DNA of 32,000 bases from Acinetobacter wanghuae (GCF_009557235.1 NZ_CP045650.1:2430001-2462000); one strand, 5' to 3'. Numbered from the stretch's first letter, positions 18,935-27,111 are shown. Numbers and translations are program-made. The notes: generated by a model from the letters alone, not told the origin.

Positions 18935-19666
18935 TTAATTCCAAGGACGTAAATCGACTATCTTGAGTGGCTGACCATGTTTATCAAGTAATACAGTCAT
19001 GTCTGTTTGATTCGCTTTTAGGGGCACATAGCCCGATGCCGTAGGCGTGCTATTGAAAATTTTCTCTACCGTAGACTTTTCATTATAATTATATAAAGAA
19101 TCAAGATTTTTTATATAATTACCTTTAAGTAATATGTTTTGATCAAATTCAATATAACGGTCCGGCATTTGTGACAAAGATACTCCACCAAGGACTTCAG
19201 TAAATAAATCAGCTTGGCGTTTTTGAGGATCTTTCTGATTTTCAATCATTGCATATTGAGGTTTTAATAATGGGACATGATTGAATTTAGATTTTGCCTT
19301 GTCGATATGCTCTTCGAGAATCTCATTTTTTCGGACCAACTCAAAACGATCAACATTATAAACAATCCATGCAGGTCTACCTTGCTCAAGTGTAAATACG
19401 CCATACAATAAAGCTGAGATTTGAACCAAAATGATGATTGCTAGATCAAATTTTAACGATTTTTTATGCTCTTTATAGACCAACAATCCTAATAATGGAC
19501 CGATAGTGATATCAACAATAAACAACATTAAAATAATAGTTGTTACACCCACAGATTTTGCAAGTGGTGCTGGATACCAAAACAGAAACACTAAGCCAAG
19601 TAATAATATTGCCACGACCAGTGATATAACTAAATGTTTAATAAAGAATTTCAAACGTTTAGACAT
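18935..19666 (-). CDS. Polytopic membrane protein, tentatively a TfpX/TfpZ-family type IV pilin accessory protein
   Basis: 243 aa with 3-4 N-terminal TM helices (HLVISLVVAILLLGLVFLFWY; TTIILMLFIVDITIGPLLGLLVY; LAIIILVQISALLYGVF) followed by a soluble domain of about 150 aa. Its context is immediately downstream of pilA and the OTase. The family call is from memory of the architecture and was not searched. Confidence 0.45.
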   Translation of the reverse strand: MSKRLKFFIKHLVISLVVAILLLGLVFLFWYPAPLAKSVGVTTIILMLFIVDITIGPLLGLLVYKEHKKSLKFDLAIIILVQISALLYGVFTLEQGRPAWIVYNVDRFELVRKNEILEEHIDKAKSKFNHVPLLKPQYAMIENQKDPQKRQADLFTEVLGGVSLSQMPDRYIEFDQNILLKGNYIKNLDSLYNYNEKSTVEKIFNSTPTASGYVPLKANQTDMTVLLDKHGQPLKIVDLRPWN

Positions 19667-19672
19667 AATTAA

Positions 19673-21343
19673 TTACTTCGTATTTAATTGTGGTGTACTA
19701 CTATTTTTTTCAAATAGTGATGAAAGACCATTTTCTTGACGAGTACTAATTTTAGACAAATCTTTAAATAATGCATTTTTATTATAAAGAGCATTGTATA
19801 CATCAAGATAATAATTAGCTCTAACCATACTTCCATTAAAATAAAAAATTTGAGCCATTTTATACAAATTATATTCAGTTGGCTGGCTTTTCACATAATG
19901 CTCAAACAATTCCAAATTTGAATCAGGGTAATTATGATCTATTTTTGCAACAATAAAATCTGCTCGATCTGAAAACTGGGAAAATAACAGAGAATATTTA
20001 TGCTGTAATTTTCCAGTATTTTCCATGCCAGATGCATAACCAAAATCACTCAGCCACTGATCATACTGTTTAAATATTAAAGCATAGAAACAAATGCAAA
20101 TAAGAAAAATACATTGCTTTAATTTCTCATTAACTAAAAAATTTTTACAATTACAATCGATCAGTAATAAACCAATAAAGAAACCTAATGGAAATAAAAA
20201 ATAGCTATAATACAAAGGAAACTCAAGCTGAGCATGCACCAATATACATAACATCATCATAAACACATATAGTTGTGGCAAACTATGAATACTTAAAAAA
20301 ATTCGTTTTATAAGATACAAGCTATATCCAACAATTAAGAGGGCCAATGGAATGCCCACCCACAAAACTAAATCAATCATAATATTATGTGCGCTTGATA
20401 AATTCCCTTCATTTTTAAATAGAAGCACCCCTTCTAGCTGTGCGATTGTTGTTTGAAACCAACCATACCCTAACCATGGTTGTTGCATCGCGGCATAGTA
20501 CATATGCTTCCACATTTCAATACGACCTAACCCACCATTTAGTCGTTCTTGCACTGGAATTGGCTTGACTAGATTTAGATATTCAGAAATTTCAGCATTG
20601 AATATCAAAATAAATAAATAGATAAATAGAGCAGTTAAAGCAATGTAAGGCGTTGATTTTTTTTTAAAATTATTTTTATTAACTATGCAAATAATAAAAA
20701 ATACACATAAAATAATCCATGTCGTTCTCGATTGAGTTAATGCAAGTGCCCAAACCTCAAAAGGGAGGAGCAGAATTAAAAATATATTTTTAGACTTCAT
20801 ATGCTCATATAAAAACAGAAGACTACAAATACTGAGCATAAGCAATGTTGCCAAATGATTCGGCTGACCTAAATTTGCATAAGGTCGATTATGACTTAAA
20901 TTTAAGATATAAGGATGAGAAATTTGCAACCATTGCGCAATGGCGAATAGACTACTGATCAATCCAATAAGCGTAAAAAAATACGCAATATATTGAATAA
21001 TTTTATTTTTATCAGCCAAGTGATGGCTATTATAGCCATATAAAACAGTGGCTACAAAAGCAAAAATGAAAATGAAACTAAAAAATGCCGTAGAAAAATA
21101 ATACACCTGTCCAAAGCTAAATTGAACTAAAGGAATGAGACATATACAAAGAATAGGAATAGTAATTTTAGGCAGTTTAACTTCTTTTTTATAAAATAAG
21201 CCAAGAGATAAAACTAAGCCTAAAAACCACAAAAAATCTTGCGAGGATGAAGTCCATGGAAAGACTGACAAACATATAAAGTAAGATAATCCAAAACAAA
21301 GTAAAATCGTAAAAATTATAATATTCATTGTCATTTCATTCAT
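19673..21343 (-). CDS. PglL-type O-oligosaccharyltransferase paralogue, probably pilin-specific (PglS / PglL-ComP-like rather than the short TfpO class)
   Basis: 556 aa, collinear with the 17213..18850 protein: RPYANLGQPNHLAT, LTQSRTTW, PWLGYGWFQT, SAHNIMIDLVLWVG, HAQLEFP, plus a shared C-terminal P-x-x-YNL-x-K-x-A block. Directly downstream of pilA. Confidence 0.7.
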   Translation of the reverse strand: MNEMTMNIIIFTILLCFGLSYFICLSVFPWTSSSQDFLWFLGLVLSLGLFYKKEVKLPKITIPILCICLIPLVQFSFGQVYYFSTAFFSFIFIFAFVATVLYGYNSHHLADKNKIIQYIAYFFTLIGLISSLFAIAQWLQISHPYILNLSHNRPYANLGQPNHLATLLMLSICSLLFLYEHMKSKNIFLILLLPFEVWALALTQSRTTWIILCVFFIICIVNKNNFKKKSTPYIALTALFIYLFILIFNAEISEYLNLVKPIPVQERLNGGLGRIEMWKHMYYAAMQQPWLGYGWFQTTIAQLEGVLLFKNEGNLSSAHNIMIDLVLWVGIPLALLIVGYSLYLIKRIFLSIHSLPQLYVFMMMLCILVHAQLEFPLYYSYFLFPLGFFIGLLLIDCNCKNFLVNEKLKQCIFLICICFYALIFKQYDQWLSDFGYASGMENTGKLQHKYSLLFSQFSDRADFIVAKIDHNYPDSNLELFEHYVKSQPTEYNLYKMAQIFYFNGSMVRANYYLDVYNALYNKNALFKDLSKISTRQENGLSSLFEKNSSTPQLNTK

Positions 21344-21372
21344 AAAAAAAGCTGACCGAAGTCAGCTTTTTA
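21344..21372 (-). terminator. Rho-independent terminator or attenuator immediately after pilA
   Basis: On the minus strand: aaaaagcugac-UUCG-gucagc followed by U7. The U-tract abuts the ATG of the OTase gene. Confidence 0.7.
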
Positions 21373-21383
21373 ATACCTTCAGA

Positions 21384-21944
21384 TTAGAAAGTACCTGCTG
21401 TTTGAGGAACACGGCATGTTGCTGGTAAATATTTTTGTTTATCAGCATTACCAACTAAACCACATGACCATGATTTGATAAGAGCATTTGTTGCTGCATC
21501 ACCACCTGTTTGATTATTACCAGTGCCAGAAACGGCTGTAATACTTAAAGGAACCTGACCAGCAGCATCTGATGTTGGTGTCATATGAATTTGTAAACCA
21601 CTTGCACCTTTTAAAGAAGCATCTTTAGTTAAGGTCACACGAATTTGACCAACAATATTACCTGTTTTAGAAACTACAATTTCTTGTACGTATTTCGTTG
21701 CTGGAGTACCAGATGCTGAACCTTGCTCACATCCCCATGTATTTGTACCTGATGGAATAGTACCAGCGTCTACAGCTTCGGTTACCGCTGTACGACATGA
21801 AGACGCAGCTAAAATACCTTCAGATACTTTTGCACGAACTGTATAGTCTTGGTAAGCTGGAAGTGCAACTGCAGCAAGAATACCGATGATCGCTACCACG
21901 ATCATTAATTCGATAAGGGTAAAACCCTTTTGAACTGATTTCAT
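21384..21944 (-). CDS. pilA: Type IVa major pilin (PilA / ComP-like)
   Basis: MKSVQKG|[36 protein letters not shown]. Two Cys pairs, including a C-terminal D-region loop ([17 protein letters not shown]). ATG at 21944 with a GGAGAA RBS; the ORF-track start at 21956 is a GTG. Confidence 0.9.
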   Translation of the reverse strand: MKSVQKGFTLIELMIVVAIIGILAAVALPAYQDYTVRAKVSEGILAASSCRTAVTEAVDAGTIPSGTNTWGCEQGSASGTPATKYVQEIVVSKTGNIVGQIRVTLTKDASLKGASGLQIHMTPTSDAAGQVPLSITAVSGTGNNQTGGDAATNALIKSWSCGLVGNADKQKYLPATCRVPQTAGTF

Positions 21945-22006
21945 AACATTCTCCACAAATGTTTTATGTTTATTTATAAGCTTAATTGTTAAAGCTATTT
22001 ATATTT

Positions 22007-22022
22007 AGCATCTAACGTGCCA
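22007..22022 (-). promoter_or_regulatory. Sigma54 (RpoN) -24/-12 promoter of pilA
   Basis: The minus strand reads TGGCACGttagATGCT against the consensus TGGCACG-N4-TTGCW. GG and GC have exact spacing. It lies about 60 nt upstream of the pilA ATG. Confidence 0.65.
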
Positions 22023-22114
22023 ACTTTTATTATAGTAATTTTGAGAGAAAAAACAGCACTTTAAAAAAATATTTTTTAATTTGTAATTTTTAAGTTTCAT
22101 TTTGTGTAACTAAG

Positions 22115-22129
22115 TGACAAAAATTGTCA
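22115..22129. promoter_or_regulatory. Perfect palindrome TGACA-N5-TGTCA, a candidate enhancer (PilR-type) site for the pilA sigma54 promoter
   Basis: tgacaaaaattgtca is centred about 100 bp upstream of the -24 element. It contains TGTC on both strands, the core of described P. aeruginosa PilR sites. Confidence 0.35.
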
Positions 22130-22144
22130 GTTTTAAGACCTTAT

Positions 22145-22705
22145 TCACCCGAGTATAATCGGTTGATTACTAATCTCATTGTCTAAATCTTGAATTTTCC
22201 GATCATAGTAGGCATCTAATACCTTTCCAATTTCAAAAATACCATCAACCAAAGCTTCTTTATATTTTTTATCTGAAAGTTGTTGAAGAATATTTTGGCA
22301 AATTCCATCCCAAATTTCTTGTGTTGTGGCATTTCGAATACCACGATCAATCACAATTTCGACTTTTCGCTCGCATAGGTTTAAGTAAAGCAATACACCA
22401 CTGTTATATTCGGTGTCCCATGTACCTAGTTCAGCAAAGAGTTGACGAGCGCGACTTAAGGTATCGTGCTGATAAGCAATGGCCGCAGGTAAACAGGCTT
22501 CAATCACGACTTGAATTTCTCCGACATGACCATGCTCGGCTTCTGCCACCGCTTGCGCAATGGCATGTTGATCTTGCTTAGAGTAAAAACGTTTTGCCGA
22601 AGGGATATGACAAACATGCTTGAGCCAGCGTTTAAAACTGGGTTGATGTTGCTCAATAATTTTTGCTTGCGTGACAATATCTGTTGAATCTGTTGTTGTT
22701 ACCAT
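22145..22705 (-). CDS. TPM-domain protein, cytoplasmic type (no signal peptide)
   Basis: HGHVGEIQVVIE...SGVLLYLNLCERKVEIVIDRGI is a TPM (TLP18.3/Psb32/MOLO-1) fold signature. ATGGTAA start/stop overlap with the upstream gene. Confidence 0.75.
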   Translation of the reverse strand: MVTTTDSTDIVTQAKIIEQHQPSFKRWLKHVCHIPSAKRFYSKQDQHAIAQAVAEAEHGHVGEIQVVIEACLPAAIAYQHDTLSRARQLFAELGTWDTEYNSGVLLYLNLCERKVEIVIDRGIRNATTQEIWDGICQNILQQLSDKKYKEALVDGIFEIGKVLDAYYDRKIQDLDNEISNQPIILG

Positions 22706-23745
22706 GAGCCTGAAGCACCTCCCCCGCCAAAACCGCCACCGCCTCCACCGAAGCCGCCGCCAAAACCACCACGTCCACTACCGCCACCGCGCCCACCACC
22801 TGATAAAAAGGCTTGGAAGATGAGTTGGGCAATAGACGTGACCAATAAGAAAAATACACCTGCGCCAATGAGCAAGCTTGCCACTAAGCCCATTCCATTG
22901 ACCAGTCCTGCGGCAGTACCCGCAACAGCAGCCGTAGATGCACTGAGTTTTTTACCAAAAATGAAAGATGCAATGACACCTGCAACCACAATAAATAACA
23001 CCGAGCTTAAAGTCGATTGGGTGGCTTTGTGTGATTGATAGGCTTGTTCTTGGCGTTCTTTCAGTTCATCTGCAGCTTGGGCAGCAATCTCGGGATCTAA
23101 AGTTAAAATCCGTTCAATTTCAGCTAAGCCTGCATCAATCCCTTGTGCATACTGCGCTTGCTTAAAGTAAGGCGTAATTTTGTCATTAATAATCCGACTT
23201 GCCACAATATCAGGAATCACGCCTTCTAAACCATAACCGGTCAGAATTTGAATACGACGGTCATTAATGGCAATGGTCATAAGCAACCCATTATCGCGTT
23301 TGGCTGAACCCAATCCCCATGCTTCGGCAACACGCATCGAATAACCAAAGATATCCTCTTGACCTGTGGTGGGAACAATCACAACACCAACTTGACCTTT
23401 TCCCGCATTATGCAAATTTAAAATACGTTGGCTGATCTGTTGTTTTTCAGTGGCAGTGAGTAAATTCGCTTGGTCAATGACAGGTGCATTTAAACTCGGC
23501 AAATCACGCTGAGTCTGCCCTTCTGCCATATCATTAGCAATGTTCGGTTGTTGAACTTGCGCTTCGGCTGCCGCGGTCTGAGACGGTGTCGCTTCCTTTT
23601 GTTTATTTAAAATTTCACGCGCAACAATGACTTCTTCAATGTCTTGATCTGTCGCTGTGGCAGTCTCTGCCCATAAATAGCTGCTAAACAGACTGCTCCA
23701 GAATAACAGCACGACGGCTGCTATTTTTAGCGCTCGATTTTTCAT
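22699..23745 (-). CDS. YgcG-like TPM-domain membrane protein with a glycine-rich C-terminal tail
   Basis: Signal peptide MKNRALKIAAVVLLFWSSLFSSYLWA. TPM core GQVGVVIVPTT...NGLLMTIAINDRRIQILTGYGLEG. 2-3 TM helices. The tail is GGGRGGGSGRGGFGGGFGGGGGGFGGGGASGSW. ATG at 23745; the ORF-track TTG at 23769 is rejected. Confidence 0.8.
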   Translation of the reverse strand: MKNRALKIAAVVLLFWSSLFSSYLWAETATATDQDIEEVIVAREILNKQKEATPSQTAAAEAQVQQPNIANDMAEGQTQRDLPSLNAPVIDQANLLTATEKQQISQRILNLHNAGKGQVGVVIVPTTGQEDIFGYSMRVAEAWGLGSAKRDNGLLMTIAINDRRIQILTGYGLEGVIPDIVASRIINDKITPYFKQAQYAQGIDAGLAEIERILTLDPEIAAQAADELKERQEQAYQSHKATQSTLSSVLFIVVAGVIASFIFGKKLSASTAAVAGTAAGLVNGMGLVASLLIGAGVFFLLVTSIAQLIFQAFLSGGGRGGGSGRGGFGGGFGGGGGGFGGGGASGSW

Positions 23746-23769
23746 TGCAGAAGCCCCAATGTTATTCAA

Positions 23770-24360
23770 TTAGTTAAATGACACTGTTGGTGCTTTCTGT
23801 GCACTTTGCTCCGCACTAAAGTTTTGTTTGGTGTCCATACCAATCACTTTTGCGGTCATCACTTGTGGGAACTGACGCGCATAAGAGTTAAAGTCTTGAA
23901 CCGTTGTAATATAACGATTACGTGCCACTGCAATGCGGTTCTCTGTACCTTCAAGTTGAACTTGCAAATCACGGAACTGTTCATTGGCTTTTAAATCAGG
24001 ATAATTTTCAGTCACTGCCAACAAGCGTGACAATGCGCCCGTCATTTGTGATTGTGCTTCTTGGTATTTTTGGAATAACGCAGGATCCTCTAAAACGGCC
24101 TTATCTACTTTTAAGCCGGCAACATTGGCACGCGCTTCGGTGACTTCAGTCAACACTTGCTCTTCATGCGCTGCATACCCTTTCACCACATTGACCAAAT
24201 TAGGCACCAAGTCTGCACGACGTTGATATTGATTTTGTACTTCAGACCAAGATGCTGTCACCGCTTCATCTTTGACTTGCAAGGTATTGTAGCCACAACC
24301 ACTTAAAGTCAACGTACTGGTTAACGCCAAAGCCAATAGCGATTTTTTTAAATTATTCAT
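23770..24360 (-). CDS. lemA: LemA family lipoprotein
   Basis: Lipobox LTLSG|C. LemA-type YNTLQVKDEAVTASWSEVQNQYQRRADLVPNLV...ENYPDLKANEQFRDLQ...EGTENRIAVARNRY. GAGGT RBS. Confidence 0.85.
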   Translation of the reverse strand: MNNLKKSLLALALTSTLTLSGCGYNTLQVKDEAVTASWSEVQNQYQRRADLVPNLVNVVKGYAAHEEQVLTEVTEARANVAGLKVDKAVLEDPALFQKYQEAQSQMTGALSRLLAVTENYPDLKANEQFRDLQVQLEGTENRIAVARNRYITTVQDFNSYARQFPQVMTAKVIGMDTKQNFSAEQSAQKAPTVSFN

Positions 24361-24486
24361 TTTGAGTACCTCATGATTCTATTTATATCTGTTTAGATTG
24401 ATTCTAATCATTTTTATGCAACTGTTTGTTATTTTTTAATAATCAAATCTATTTTTTATTGTGTGTCCGTACTAAAAAATATCGAC

Positions 24487-25371
24487 TTAACTCAGTAACA
24501 TTGGCTGAGATGTGTCATCAAACGCTTCAAGGTGATATTCGGTTGCCATCCGTGTTTTCCACATTTGTAAAACCTCTGAATAATCGATGTGTGAAGGATG
24601 AAAGCCTGTTTTGTAATATGCCAAATATTCAGGTGCAGATTGAAGCATCATTTTGGCCAATAAATAAAAACCAAACAGATTGCCACCTATTTTTGGCAGA
24701 CTTTTCTTTATATCTTGTAAAAATAAACGACTGGCTGAGTAGAAAGTGAGACTGGCAAACCCCGTCGTCACGCTACGCATGATCAGACGGCGTACAGCAT
24801 CATCACCATAGACATGCTGATACACATCAAATGCGACCGAGCGATGTTCGATTTCTTCAATCGCATGCCAGACCCAAAGTTTCATCGCATCTTCATCGAG
24901 CGTACTTAAAATTTCAGGATGCTTCAAAATATAGCCCCCGAGCAATGCGGTAAAATGCTCAAAAGCACAGGTAATGGCAAGTTGATATTTGGGATCTAGA
25001 CTTTTTACATGATGCTCTTTACGTGCAAGCCACGCTTGAAACCGCTCCAACTGATAATCATCACGTCTCCAAGCAGCGTTAAATTCGCTATGTGCTTTTG
25101 AATGCATGGCTTCTTGACCAATAAAAGCCGCGATTTCAGCTTGAAGTTTTGGATCGGTTACACGGTCACGCACATTACGCACGCTATGTACAAAAAATTG
25201 CTCACCAATCGGAAATGTTGAAGATAGCCCTGTTAGTAAATGCGACATCACAGGTGAATTGGCAAAATAATGCCGTTTGATGGCTTTCGGATTAAATTTA
25301 AGTTTACGTACAGTAATGCCAATGGCTTTAGGACGATTTAAATAAGACTTGGCTGTGCTCACATGGCTCAT
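24487..25371 (-). CDS. Predicted metal-dependent hydrolase (PF10118-like helical protein)
   Basis: 294 aa with repeated E-x-x-H motifs (GQEAMH, AFEHF, EEIEH). The family was recognised by eye from FIGQEAMHSKAH...WHAIEEIEHRSVAFDVY. Confidence 0.6.
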   Translation of the reverse strand: MSHVSTAKSYLNRPKAIGITVRKLKFNPKAIKRHYFANSPVMSHLLTGLSSTFPIGEQFFVHSVRNVRDRVTDPKLQAEIAAFIGQEAMHSKAHSEFNAAWRRDDYQLERFQAWLARKEHHVKSLDPKYQLAITCAFEHFTALLGGYILKHPEILSTLDEDAMKLWVWHAIEEIEHRSVAFDVYQHVYGDDAVRRLIMRSVTTGFASLTFYSASRLFLQDIKKSLPKIGGNLFGFYLLAKMMLQSAPEYLAYYKTGFHPSHIDYSEVLQMWKTRMATEYHLEAFDDTSQPMLLS

Positions 25372-25578
25372 GCTGCAACTTCCATAAAAATAGAGATATT
25401 GAACATTATGTGAATAGAGTCACCTTTTCCCTATGGCAAAAATGCTGCGTTGATAGGCAAAAAGATTCAATTTAATTCTGTTTCATGATTTTTAGCTGCT
25501 GAAATACGCGTCGAATCGATGATGAATTCTTATTTTTATGATTATCCATAACGCTCCTCTACAAAGAAGCAATTAGTG

Positions 25579-25603
25579 AAAAACCCGCCGAGGCGGGTTT
25601 TAA
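25579..25603 (-). terminator. Rho-independent terminator after gltD
   Basis: On the minus strand: aaaacccgcc-tc-ggcggg followed by ttttt. Confidence 0.75.
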
Positions 25604-25621
25604 AAAGTTGAATCAGATGTA

Positions 25622-27089
<1,468 letters not shown>

Positions 27090-27111
27090 CTTCATTTCTG
27101 CAGTAGTGGAA

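Noticed and set aside
22653-22868. A 71-aa minus-strand ORF overlapping the end of the YgcG-like gene and the start of the next TPM gene.
   Set aside because: It is an alternative-frame reading of the quasi-repetitive Gly-codon tract. There is no independent start context.
24426-24749. A 107-aa plus-strand ORF spanning the LemA-hydrolase spacer and the 3' end of the hydrolase gene.
   Set aside because: It is antisense to a well-supported CDS. Its translation is AT-rich and has no motifs or RBS.
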